A stretch of 55,069 bases of DNA, filler included, from Sluysia triapertura (lineage: Eukaryota), in assembly GCA_046118255.1 (NCBI GenBank). It is 4 parts of 4 records of this genome, joined end to end, with 100 filler letters (N's around TTAATTAATTAA, not from the genome) between each part and the next. Parts side by side here need not be neighbours in the genome. Positions count along the whole stretch, not along the records: positions 1 to 15,855 come from JBJNIA010217029.1; 3 more parts are not named here. One strand, given 5' to 3'. A program made the translations under genes and the position numbers. Below are positions 1-12,236 of the stretch, one piece after another (position 1 is the stretch's first letter; each line of letters opens with the position of its first letter). The notes under the pieces are model-generated. The model did not search any database, was not told where the DNA came from, and saw nothing but the letters and a program-made list of their open reading frames with translations.

Positions 1-582
1 TTTCGTAGAAGTACACTTTCTTTTGACCAATAGCCAAGTCTTCTTTACGATTTAAATCTTGCGTTATTGGCGAACCCAGTAATCATAGTAAAATTATAAT
101 TGTTAAATTTAAAGAAAAATTCGAACAAAAATATTGCTACATGTATTTCGTGTCTGCTCTAATATGGCATGAATACTTGTCGGCAGTACTCTACAGGTAT
201 GAATATTACTCATTTGGGCTTTATTTCTAATAAAAAGAAACTGAGTCAACACGATTTACGGTTTTGAAATTTCTGTTTTCGGTTTTCTTTTATATTTCTC
301 TTTTTACACTTTCTCCTTCAGACAAATGAGAAATGAACGTCACTGTATTAAATTAAGCCGTTCACCTTATTTTCAATATTTTTGACACGGTTTCTACAAT
401 TTATCATTTACTCAAACATCTGAACCACTTATTCATAATCCTGGAACATGACGCACCACATGTCAGAGTATTCTGAATATTGTGAATTAATAAGCATGTC
501 AGATAAGAAAAAAATAATTTCAAATTTCATATTTTTATTATGCAGTGTTATAAGTAATGTACATTTGTTAAACTTTTTACAG

Positions 583-981
583 GAAAAAACCGACAAAGCG
601 AATGAATTAATTGTAGTAGTTAGTGCAGAAACTGAAAAAGTACGCGCTGAAAAAGAATATGCTAATGGTGAAGAAGTTAAAGTCGCTGCTATTAAAAAAG
701 AAGTTGAAAAAAAGCAACGTGAATGTGAACGTGATTTAACTCGAGCTGAACCAGCTTTAGTAGCAGCTCAAGAGGCATTAAATACATTAAATAAAGGTAA
801 CTTGACGGAATTGAAGTCCTTGGGCTCACCACCAGCGGATGTGGTCATGGTAGCACAAGCTGTCTTAGTATTGATGGCAAAAGGTGATCGGTTACCGAGA
901 GATAGGAGCTGGAAAAGTATTAAAGCGGGCATTATGTCCAAAGTAGATCAATTTTTGAGTAATTTAATAAATTACGATAAA
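583..981 (+). CDS. Axonemal dynein heavy chain, outer-arm beta type (DNAH9/11/17 family), internal exon: stalk coil CC1 and microtubule-binding domain
   Basis: AG at 581-582 and donor GTTAGT at 982. Encodes EKTDKANELIV...AEPALVAAQEALNTLNKGNLTELKSLGSPPADV...PRDRSWKSIK...LINYDK, closely matching the DNAH9/17 stalk and MTBD. Upstream exons lie outside the window. Confidence 0.95.
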
Positions 982-1499
982 GTTAGTATTTTATTATACC
1001 AAATTAAATAAAAATATTAACAAAGTTACCAATAATAACTTGGAGTCGGTTAATTTACTGAATAACATTAAATTAATATCAACAATAATTTATTTGTTTA
1101 AATCAATGATATAAATCAATGATATATATACTTTGAAGCATAATGTGACACATTCAAGAAATAAAAGAACTCAGTATCTTGATGAAAGTGATTAAACAAT
1201 TATCATATAAATATCACTTCTATTATTAGTAGCAATATAACCAATAAATAAATGTAGAACAAAAAAATACAATAATCTACACAAAGATACATCATTGACT
1301 GGTTGCATAATAAACAGGTTGGTGTGTATTACATGCACAATGTATTATTGAATGACCTTTTCATTGACATTACTTACGTGTGATTCATGTTTTTAAATTT
1401 AAAAACATAATAGTGCAACCATTTTTATTTCTCTTTAATAAGTTATTAATAAACTATATATACTATTTTTAAATAATAAATAATACGTATGAATTAAAG

Positions 1500-1833
1500 G
1501 AAAATATTCCACCAAACAATAAAGCCGAAGCTAAAAAATATGTACAAGATCGGAATTTTGATCCGGAAGTAATTAAAAGTAAATCTGTGGCAGCTGCTGG
1601 TATATGTGCCTGGGTTATTAATATTCTGAAATTCCATGATGTTTATTGTGAAGTAAAACCCAAACGAGATGCTTTAGATGCAGCCAATGAAGAATTGAGA
1701 CTGGCAGCTGAGAAATTGGAAGTAATTCACAAAAAATTGAGAAATTTGGAAGCAAGTCTTAATGAATTAACAGACAAATTCAATGCAGCAACAGAAGAAA
1801 AGCTACGTTGCCAAGAAGAAGCTGATTTTACTG
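1500..1833 (+). CDS. Dynein heavy chain exon (end of MTBD, CC2)
   Basis: AAG acceptor ending at 1499; GT at 1834 (phase 1). ENIPPNNK...[37 protein letters not shown] continues in frame from the previous exon. Confidence 0.93.
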
Positions 1834-2862
1834 GTTACATTTTTATAATTACTATATTTGTTTTTATTAATTTCAAAAGAAATAGTGACCATAACAATTA
1901 AGCAAATCACCATTCACTCGTATAGTCTCGTTAAAATAATAGCATTGATATGTGAGGCAGTCATGACAACCCTTTAAAATCATTTTAAAAATTATTTTCC
2001 AAAAAGAAAATTAGCTTCTAAAAATAGAATAGAAGCTTCTAGTATGTTCTAGAAAATTTCATCGGTGACAAGTACATAACTAGCATGAGCTTTATGAAAA
2101 TCGGCATTTTGATTTTTGCACTATTATAAAATTTTTCATTTTTACAAAACGCCGTGTTGAAAATTTCATGGAATTTTTTAGTTAACCCTTCACAGCTTCT
2201 AGTGGACTCATAATTTGGCATCAGATACAGAGCGACAACAACTCAAGATTATTCTGGGATTCCTGTTTTCCATGTTTTGGTAAATTTCAACTTAGGAAAA
2301 TGGACTCAAAATTTCTTTTACTTTATTTATTAGTCCCCGATATATTGAGGAATAAACTACAATTAACACATTATATTTATAAAATTAGACACTCTTGGAG
2401 CTTTAATTTTAAAGTATCATCTTTTTATATTTTACCTTTAACTCTTATTATTATCACATTTAATTATTCGTTTTTTGTGCAATAAAGTTTTTCATTTAAT
2501 AGGATAAAAGTTTATCTGGAAATTGCAGATTAAATTAACAAGTTTTTTGAAACAGTTAATTACGTAGTTAATTAAGCATTCATATTTATATAGAGTAAAA
2601 CGACCTCTTCACGACATAAGACGTTTACTGTAACCGGATCCTGCTCAAAAAATATTTTGCCACAGGTTAAGTATTAGAAAAACCACAGCACATGCTTTTA
2701 GATTTACCTATCTAGATGTATTTTCGGAGTAAAAATAGAAGTATTTTGTCAATAAGTAATGATGAACTTACTTCTTTGAACATCAGCAGTATTCAAAAGG
2801 TTAAAGATATTTCTAATTTTTATCTGCATATTTTAAAACCCTGTTTAACATTATAATTACAG

Positions 2863-3080
2863 CTAAAACATTGGACTTAGCAAATCGTTTGGTAAATGGA
2901 TTTGCATCAGAAAATATTCGTTGGGCAAATGAAGTTGATAATTTGAAGGAATTAGAGCAGACTATACCTGGAGATGTTCTTATTACAACTACTTTTATAT
3001 CGTATTTTGGATATTTCACAAAACCGTATCGTATTCAATTGATCGAACAAAAAATGTGGCCATTTTTAAAAAACCAACAA
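2863..3080 (+). CDS. Dynein heavy chain exon (end of CC2)
   Basis: CAG acceptor; phase-1 junction G|CT gives Ala. KTLDLANRLVNGFASENIRWA...PGDVLITTTFISYFGYFTKPYR; donor GTTATT at 3081. Confidence 0.93.
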
Positions 3081-4230
3081 GTTATTTTTAGTATAATTAA
3101 TAATTATGCAAAAGTAAAATCATTCATCTTAGACAGTATCAAAAACTTATTTTAAGTTTTAAATTAGATGTTTTTTAATTTTTTCTTCCAGACTGATTAC
3201 TATGAAATTGTTGTCTTTCTTAGGTGTCTGAGGATATCTGATGAAGACATGTTATGTACCAACTTTTTTCTTTTTTAACTATATTTTATCTCTCTTTTGC
3301 GATGTGGGGACTAATTTATTAATTTGTTATTAAATGTTTAATTTGTTTTTTTCAATTACTTTATTTTTGAATTTTTTCTTTTTGTTAATCCAAAAAGAAA
3401 TTAAGTCACTAAATTCCTTAAAAGAAAGTTATTTTTTTAAAAAGAAATCTTATTTTCAAAAAATGAAAATTCCTTACTAAAAATAGAAAAGAAGTTTCTA
3501 TGATTGGATGTGAATAATTTTATGTTTTACAAATTTTCAATTGCTCTATTTTGAAATTTGGAGTTTCTATTTTTTTGTGCTCAATTAAATCGGAATTTTA
3601 ACAATCAATCCATGCAAGAGTATATCTTTTTATTGAAAAGGTATTTTCATTTTAAGAATCAAATTTCAATTTTATTATTTATTGTAAGAAGCCCGATATG
3701 CCAGGATTTTAATCATAAAATGGTTGTTTGATTTTTTTAATTTTTCAATAATTTTAGTTATCGTATATAAGTAATATTTTAATGTACTCATTATTAGTTG
3801 AATTTTTGTTACATAAGATAAAATTATATAAAATTGTATATGACCCTCTTAGCAGTTACATAGCAGTTAGAGACATATTAGACAATTAAATATATTATTA
3901 TTATTAACCTTAAGTGACAGAAACATCACCTATACATTGCAAGACTTTTACTATAATCGAACATGTCAATTTTTTATTTTGCCGTAGGTTTAGATTTAAG
4001 AAAATCACAGTAATACATATATTTAACACAGTAGATAGTTATAGAGTAGATAATTATACAGTAGATAGTAAATACATATATTTAACTTAGTAGATGGGAT
4101 TCCTATCGTTTTGGCCTTGATTTATATCAACTTCTGCGATTGAACCGATTCTTAATAAGTAGAAAAATTGAAAAAATAGAATAGAATTCTTCCAAAAAAA
4201 ATTTTTAACTTGATAATTATATAATTTAAG

Positions 4231-4536
4231 AATAAAATTCCAATCCGTGATGGTATCGATCCATTAGAGATGTTAATTGACGATGCCATCATTGCAGGAT
4301 GGAGTAACGAAAATTTACCATCTGACAGAATGTCAGTTGAAAACGCAACTATTCTAACACATTGTGAAAGATGGCCATTAATGGTTGATCCACAACTACA
4401 AGCTATTAAATGGATTAAGACGAAATACGGTAACAATCTGGTAATAATGAGGCTCTCAGATAAGACTTATTTGGAAAATTTGGAAAAATCACTAACCAAT
4501 GGTGCTACGGTACTACTTGAAAATATAGGAGAAGAG
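4231..4536 (+). CDS. Dynein heavy chain exon (start of AAA5)
   Basis: AAG acceptor. DPLEMLIDDAIIAGWSNENLPSDRMSVENATILTHCERWPLMVDPQLQAIKWIK...VLLENIGEE; donor GTTATA at 4537. Confidence 0.95.
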
Positions 4537-5754
4537 GTTATATTTTTCAATTGAATTTATTTTTAGTAAACTATAACCTTATTTTAAAACCCTTTCAATC
4601 TAGGTTTATAAATTTCGAACAGAAAAGATAATCAAGTTCGTCTTTATTGTGTGCCTATGCACTACTTGTTTATTTCAGTAGTTTCTTAGATAGTGCAAAT
4701 CAGACCCCTATACTACGTTTCAATTTAATTTGTCGGATTAAATTTGAATTACACTGTAATTGGCTGTGCGATAAATATATTTCCACTATTTAATAAATGA
4801 CCATGTTAATTAAAAAAAGATTTGCTACTGCCTCTTTCCAAATGAATAAATTTTTAACAATAAACATTACCAGTACATACATCTTGAGAGAAACTCGAAG
4901 GTTTCTGTTTTCAATATGTCAATTTAGATTCGTTCTAAAGTGAAATTATGTAAAAATATAATATAAAATTATTGTTATTGTTTTCTCTTTGTCTAAAACT
5001 TTAATGGCGATTTTATGGCACCCTTGAATTCCTGTTTTAGGTTAGCGAAATTTATGATTATATAACTTTTTGATCTATTTTGTGATCTTTGCAAGAAATT
5101 TCAGTTTGGCGAGGGCGTAGTGAAATTTTCTTTACTAAAATTCTTAAACTTTATTAAACTTTCTAATTTTATTAATCTTCTAAAAATTTTTGTTTTATTT
5201 TTTAGTATAGTTTGACAAAAAATTAAGTTAAAACAATAAACAAAAATCCCTAACTAATTTAACATTACAAATACTAAACAAGTTGAATCTCTTATATTAA
5301 ACGAATTAAAAAACATAAAAATAACAAAAAATAGAATACTTAAGTTATAAACATATGAATATATAATATATACTGCTTTACTTTCATTCGTATCTGTGAA
5401 CTGCGATTTGTACTGAACAATTGATGAATGCTTTCATTTGCATTAAAGCACGTTTCGTGTGGCGTAATGATGAATCTTTGGCATTGATGATTGTTGAAAT
5501 ATAGTCATGTCTTATTCATTAAATTGAATTTTAGTTCGAAAATATTATATTTTTGTTAATTAATCTAATTTATTTGTATTTAATAGCATAAGAAAATTTT
5601 GAATTATAAAAATGTTACCACATTTAATTAAATTAATCTGAACTTTATTAATTACTGAATGAATGCAAAAATGAGAACATAATTGATTTGATATTTAGAT
5701 TTTGCGAGGTTTAGTCATTTTCTGGGTATGCTCACCTTATCGAAAATTGAAGTT

Positions 5755-6219
5755 CTAAAAAATAATAAATAATATAAACATATAATCTATCTGATTTTTA
5801 TAAGAACAAGAAAAACTAAAATTTAATATTATTTTAAAGTTCTGTTTGTTGCTCCAGTACAATGGCGATGACGTAACATTTAATAATAAGTTACCGATCC
5901 TACGATGATGATCATTTAGATACGAAGTTAAACTAAACAGGACTCTAATTTCGAAAGTATTGTGACCATAGATACATTTTCTGCCAGATCTGGAACACTC
6001 TCCATTCTGCGTTCTTCCATATAAGCATAAACCATATTTAAAATATTTGGATTGATGAGCATCATGTTGTAAATTCTTAGACGAAGATATATTGTTACTA
6101 TAGTAACATTCTAAGTTGTCAGTCTTTGTTTTTACTTTTGTCATGTCTTTTAGTAATGGCATGATTTTGTTTGTAATGACATACGAGTCAACATGTATAC
6201 TTTCATCTATTTTAATCAC
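5755..6219 (-). CDS. ORF with one intact Unkempt-type CCCH zinc finger, nested antisense in dynein intron 4537-10783 (gene or pseudogene)
   Basis: 5944-6045 encodes YFKYGLCLYGRTQNGECSRSGRKCIYGHNTFEIR. The C-x9-C-x6-C-x3-H spacing and flanks match Unkempt ZnF3 (YYKTGICIHETDSKGNCTKNGLHCAFAHGPHDLR). The ORF starts at GTG and the upstream frame is broken. Confidence 0.6.
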   Translation of the reverse strand: MIKIDESIHVDSYVITNKIMPLLKDMTKVKTKTDNLECYYSNNISSSKNLQHDAHQSKYFKYGLCLYGRTQNGECSRSGRKCIYGHNTFEIRVLFSLTSYLNDHHRRIGNLLLNVTSSPLYWSNKQNFKIILNFSFSCSYKNQIDYMFILFIIF

Positions 6220-7646
6220 GATATAACTTGAAGCATTAAGATGAATTTTCTTATATCATCTTGTTTTGCAATTTGTTTGCCTATTAATTTCAACATACAA
6301 TTTGAAGGCAAAGAGCGAATTTCGATTCTATAATTGGTTCATAAATGAATTCTAATTGATCGAATCGTACGATTAACACTAATTTTAAAGAAATATCATC
6401 CAATAAATACCATAGTTTGCTTAAATAATTACTTTATACTAAAATAGATTTAAATTTGATATAAGTTTTTAAAACTTAATTCGGATTTGATAAAATAAAA
6501 TATAACTTAACTTGTTTTTTTTTCACCGCAAAACTTCTAATTTATTTTACCACATAGTTAAATATTATAGTCTGAATAAATATCACATCTAATTATTGTT
6601 ATGACTTAGTTTAGTAATTAGTCTATATACTGATACTGATTTGGTTACTAAAATAAACAGTAATTTTTCTGATGATTGGACAACATTAAATGGAACAAAT
6701 GAGCACAATGTAGGAAGACCTTGCTGATTGGGTATTCAATCAAAACATAATACATGACTGAAATTTATTGAATGCCCAATCACAAGAGTGATACAAATGT
6801 GCTACACAATGTACACATGTCACCATAAAGCTTGTACTGACTGAATGATAATTAAAAATGGTGACAGGTAAATGTATAATTTGGCTCAATCAATAAATAA
6901 TCACCATGACATATGGTTAATTTTGTTAATGTTTATGATAATAATAAAAATAGTAACACTAAACAATAATAATAAAAATGGCTAAAATGATAATGATAGT
7001 AATAATAATTAAATAAATACATAAATCCTTAGAAGAATAATAAAACATGATCTTTCTCTTTTATTATTCTTAAATAAAATGAAATATGAATTTAAATTGC
7101 TTTAAGTGGAATTGGAATGTCAGTTAATGGTTTAAGTGAAAGTGTGGTTTTGAATGCTTTAAATGAATTTTTAAATGAGCATTGATGGTTTTGAATGTCA
7201 TAATGGTTTGTATGTTGTAAGTTTGTGAATTGAGATGTTTCAAATAAGATTGTGGCATGGATGTTAATAGTTTGCGGATTTAAAATGTTTTGAAATATTA
7301 AGAATGATTTTCGTAAATAATTTTGATGAATTTTTTAAATGTAAGTTATTAATTCTGAAAGTGATTGTGATTTTAATGTTATTAAGTTATAAAATATGAA
7401 TATTTTGAAAAGGTTATAATAAGGTTTTGATGGAAAGAATGGTTAAATGTTATAAAATATGAAATATATTGAATTAATTTTAAAATGTTTTAATTTGATT
7501 TTTAAGTGCATGATTGATGATTTTCGATGTCGAATATGATTTTGCTGCTGTAAATTTTTATGTTTAAAATGTTTGATGGTATTAAGAGTTGTGAAATATT
7601 GTAAAGAGTGATTCTGTAATGATAAAATAAAATTTGTTGAAGTAAT

Positions 7647-7662
7647 AGGTTGGCCACCACAA
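7647..7662 (-). repeat. Conserved 16-nt terminus (TTGTGGTGGCCAACCT) of a dispersed strand-skewed repeat, LTR-like
   Basis: Identical 16-mer at 7647, 9859 and 14946; one-mismatch copy in the opposite orientation at 54874. Confidence 0.7.
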
Positions 7663-8107
7663 TGATATGAAGTTATCATGAAAGTTATTGTGATAGAAGT
7701 TATGATAACAATAAACAGAATTACTGATAACTATGTACAATGACTGTGTTTATTTTTTAAATGACTCGAGTAATTTGTTTGAAGATTTATATGCTAATAT
7801 TATATTGATTATTGATAAAGAAAATTGTGATCAACATTAAATTTAATTATTTGAAAGAAAATTGTTTTTAAAAGCTTTTTGTAGATGTAATTAACAATTA
7901 ATTAATAAAAATAAAATCTAGGACATTTATTTGATATAATAACAATAATTTAATGAAATTGTTTACAAAATTGTTAAAATTAAAATATGTTAATTGATGA
8001 TTCTTTTCCGAACCTGTCGCGAACAATATGTTAAACAGAATTCTTACTAAATAAAAATAACAAAAGCCATTATAATCTGTTACAGTTTTTAAAATATAAA
8101 TATTTAC

Positions 8108-8953
8108 CTTACAACAAAATTTATCATCTTGCATTTGGTCTCGAATCGTTGGAGCTATCGTTTGCATAGATAGATAGTGGTAATGATGCCTTAAATCATT
8201 GATTCCGTGTGCGAATGCGAAATAATACATAAATAATACATAAATAATACACTGTCCGGATTCAGATGTTCCGTAAGGGCATAAACCGGTTTTGTAATAG
8301 AGAAGATAATAAAGTTGTTCTGTGTCTCCTACATTTCGATGAACATATGGACATTGATCTCCATTTGGATAGATTTCTGTCTTAACATTATATAAATTAC
8401 AATAAACATCAAGATTGTATTTAATGTGCCATTAGGTTTTCGTATTGACGCACGACGATGTTGCTTTGGGAAATGCCAATTAAAACATGTGTATGGTATT
8501 TGTAATTGACATTTGTGATCAAGAAATAATGACGGAGGATGTTTCCTCAATATCGATTAAATAATCATAATACAGCTTGTCAATTAGAGGTTCAGAAATA
8601 CAAAATACTTAATAAGCTATATCTCCTTCGTAAAATGTTTCAGTAAATAATAATTGGATCTCTTTTTTTAACATCTTTAGAAAATAGAAATAATAGTTTT
8701 CCTTGCAATATTACTTTTTGATTTGTTAACGTTTTAAACTCACTTTCCTTTTCATTAGAATTTCTTCTAAACTTATGGATACAAGTACATGACTTAAATA
8801 ATCAAAATAATTATACATCATTGGGAATGAATTTTCTCTAGATGTAGCGATGATATACTTGTTCTTGGCAACATAAAGTAAAAGTGATTTCTTGCTGCTT
8901 GTAAATGATTGAAAAAATGTACTTTCTAATAAATTCTCATCATATGAGTTCAT
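8108..8953 (-). pseudogene. Unkempt (UNK/UNKL)-derived pseudogene, ZnF1-3 region with an unrelated N-terminal ORF segment
   Basis: 8581->8189 translates, across two frameshifts (~8551 and ~8417), as DKLYYDYLID/LRKHPPSLFLDHKCQLQIPYTCFNWHFPKQHRRASIRKPNGTLN/NLDVYCNLYNVKTEIYPNGDQCPYVHRNVGDTEQLYYLLYYKTGLCPYGTSESGQC...AFAHGINDLR. This is collinear with the Unkempt N-terminus. Several zinc-ligand Cys are lost. Possible donor GTAAAT at 8107. Confidence 0.85.
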
Positions 8954-9204
8954 TATTGATAGCTTTTGAATAACTAAGTAATTTATATAGGTATAAAGTA
9001 TAATTTTTTGAACTCAAAAAAATAATTGTGTAAGAGTAATTGAGAAACGCCAATTGTAAATTAATTGGCTACAAATAAAAAGTAATTAATTTTGTTTATT
9101 GTATTAAAATTTTACAATTAAAAAGCTATTGACAGTACTATGAAATTTGGTTGATGATAAACTGTCAATATGACAGTCACTAACTACTATAATTGACATA
9201 GATA

Positions 9205-9340
9205 NNNNNNNNNNNNNNNNNNNNNNNNNNNNNNNNNNNNNNNNNNNNNNNNNNNNNNNNNNNNNNNNNNNNNNNNNNNNNNNNNNNNNNNNNNNNNNNN
9301 NNNNNNNNNNNNNNNNNNNNNNNNNNNNNNNNNNNNNNNN
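9205..9340. other. Assembly gap (136 N)
   Basis: Run of N with no spacer motif. The dynein exons on either side join in frame. Confidence 0.95.
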
Positions 9341-10783
9341 ATAATAATATAAAAGAGAATAAATATTAATAATAGATAATATAAAATTAATAATAAAAAA
9401 CGCATCGAATTTTCTACACAAATCTCCTCTTAATTCTTTTAATTCTCAAAACTTCATAAAATATGCTCTTTATTTAATATTAAGATTCTTTTAATTTAGT
9501 TATCTTTTCTTTAAAAAATAAAATTGGAATTCTTTCTCTTTAAATCTTTTAATTCTTTTACTATTCTTTGAATATAAAAATGAAAATATAAAGAGAATTT
9601 ATGAATAAATATCAGAAACCTTATTGAAATCAGCAATAAAATGTTTAATAGAGGGATGGTAGTACAATGTTCTAAAATAAAAGAAGAATAAAAAGAAATT
9701 AGTGAAGCTGGAGATGTTAAAAGAAATTCCATTTACAACACTATTATATTTAAATTTGAATTACAATTTTACTGATATTGTAATAAAATAAAAAGCCGAA
9801 ATATTGCAAAATGTGATTTTTTAGTATGATGTAATGAGTTGAAATTTTGAGTGATATAAGGTTGGCCACCACAATTGGTTTAGTGTTTTGTTTACGTAAG
9901 AAATATTTGTATGTGATGAAGTGTGATTTTAATTTTGATGTGAAAATGTGTGGCTCCCTACATCTAGTAACAAATATACGCAAATATTTCTTGTCTTAAT
10001 TCTACTGTTCGTAAGCATCCTAACATCTTTTACTAATACTTAAAATAATGTGACGAATATTTTAGTATTAAATTTAAGTTATTGGTAGTTTAAAAAAATA
10101 AATAATTTTAACTCACATTTTTGAAAAAAACGGCAAAAATTCATTTTTTTTATTTAAGAAAACACTTTTTAGAATTTTGCTTTGACAAAAAATACAAAAC
10201 AAGCAAAATTTTAATTATAATTTTGTAAAAGCCGAATATTGCAATCTTGTACGTTCATCGACTTTTATTATCTTTCTTTTCGAATTGCTGTTTCGAAAAA
10301 AATATATTTTCATCAGTAAAAATATTCATTTTAATTTTTTAACAGTAATAATAGTAGCAGTATTATTTATTTTAAAAAATGATAAATATCAATAAAACGA
10401 CCCTACTCGAATGAACTCGAACTTAATTTTGAAATTACAAATAGTATCATAAAGTTTGGATAGCAAAATGAATCAATGGAGCTATTCTAGATTATCGTAT
10501 TTTCTTTCCTTTTATTGTCTTCTTATTCATTTGCTTTTTTGATATTTAATTAAGAAGTCCAATCATTTATTCTCTTCTTTCTGTTGTATCTATTTACTAT
10601 TTAATTTTTCTTTTATATTTATATTAGGCCAATAATTTTGCTAATTAGTTATATTGTTATCACGTTTTAGTTGTTATTTTTTAATTTTTATACGAAAATG
10701 TTAATAATGTTTGGTAAAATGTAGTTTTTACAGAATTATTTTACAAAATAAACTTTGATACGGTTTTTGTAATATTAATTTAG

Positions 10784-11221
10784 ATTGACGCTGTATTAGG
10801 TCCAGTAATTGGTCGTCAAACAATTAAAAAAGGGAAAGCTATTAAATTAGGAGACAAAGAAATTCCATACAATCCCAGTTTTAGGCTTATTCTTCAAACA
10901 AAATTAGCAAATCCGCATTACCAGCCCGAAATGCAAGCTCAGACAACACTAATCAACTTTACAGTAACCAGGGATGGTTTAGAAGATCAATTGTTAGGTG
11001 TGGTAGTCAGCAAAGAAAGACCGGACTTAGAACAGATTAAATCAGATTTGACTGTGCAGCAGAATTCTTTCAAGATCACCTTAAAAGACTTGGAAGATTC
11101 ATTGCTGGCTAAATTGTCATCTTCTAGTGGTAATTTCTTAGGTGACCATAGTCTGGTAGAAAACTTGGAGACCAATAAAAAGACTGCTAATGATATTGCT
11201 GTGAAAGTAAAAGAAGCAAAA
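10784..11221 (+). CDS. Dynein heavy chain exon (AAA5 and strut)
   Basis: TAG acceptor. [71 protein letters not shown]...[12 protein letters not shown]; donor GTAATT at 11222. No further dynein exon found before the scaffold ends. Confidence 0.95.
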
Positions 11222-12236
11222 GTAATTATTATAATTATTAATTTTATAATAATTATATTATTTTTTATTATGAAAATGAAAATTTTCTTGAACAATCAAA
11301 ACGGCAAAACTTCTTTTTTTAGAAACAAACATCAATTTCTTATTTTTCCACTCCTAACTATGAAAAATTTTAACTCTGATTCAGAATGAAGTTGATCCTT
11401 CAGCTGTAGCGAAATCAGAAGGAATGGAATCTGACATTCTCGATGAATAAAATATAATTGATACTTGGTTTATATCTTTATTGAAGGAAAATAACTTTTG
11501 AAAACAACTTCTAGCATTTACTCACTATCAAAAATTTGAGGTAATGCGTATTTTCCCAGAGAAACACCTATCAGGTCTACACTGTCAAAGTTTTGTTTTC
11601 TTAAAATGCAACAACACACCTTCAACTATTATTAATTTTAAAGGTCATGTGCAGCGATTATTAATATATTTTTGATTAGTAATGATTTAGGATTTTTTTC
11701 ATAGTTCGTTGAAGATAAATATTTCTCCAATTAATAATATAGTGTAAAAAATTTTCATACCTTTTTAATTGTTTGAGTAGAATATTTTCTTTCGTTAATG
11801 TTTCTCTTATTGACAATTTTGAGTATTAATCTTTTTAATACTTCTGTTACTTATGGGCATATTTTTGTTACTTTTACTTGTTTGCCTTTTGTATTTTTAT
11901 GTGCTGTTTCATAATTATCCCATAGGAAAAAATTATCTGTTGCAGTAAAATTGTTTTATTCTTAGATATTATCGTAATGGCGGTGAACTCTATTATTTTG
12001 GTTGGTGAGGATAATTATTTATTATTAAAAATTGATTAATTTTATAAAGAAAAGTTTTATAGTAATTAGATGAGCTTGAAATCATTTCTCTTGACGTTAT
12101 CTGAGACATTTTAACAAATCTTAAATACATTATAAAATAATTAAAAGTCAAAAAACCAAAAGGTATACATTTATTTATTGACTTTAAAATAAAAATTTTA
12201 ATTTTTTTGAAGATATTCTATACATAATTTTGAACC

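Noticed and set aside
448-582. N-terminal extension of ORF 448-1011 as a dynein start
   Set aside because: Intronic; homology begins after the AG at 581-582, and thousands of upstream dynein residues lie outside the window.
7443-7679. Shared CGGQP peptide in ORFs 7443-7679 and 14781-15047 as a protein family
   Set aside because: It is just the translation of the conserved 16-nt repeat terminus; the 9859 copy is read in a different frame (VVANL) and the rest does not align.
9104-9421. ORFs spanning the N gap
   Set aside because: Artefacts of translating N.
2813-11295. Minus-strand ORFs 2813-3019, 4152-4436 and 10987-11295 (also 44785-44982 and 46108-46305)
   Set aside because: Antisense shadows of dynein or myosin exons with no independent motifs.
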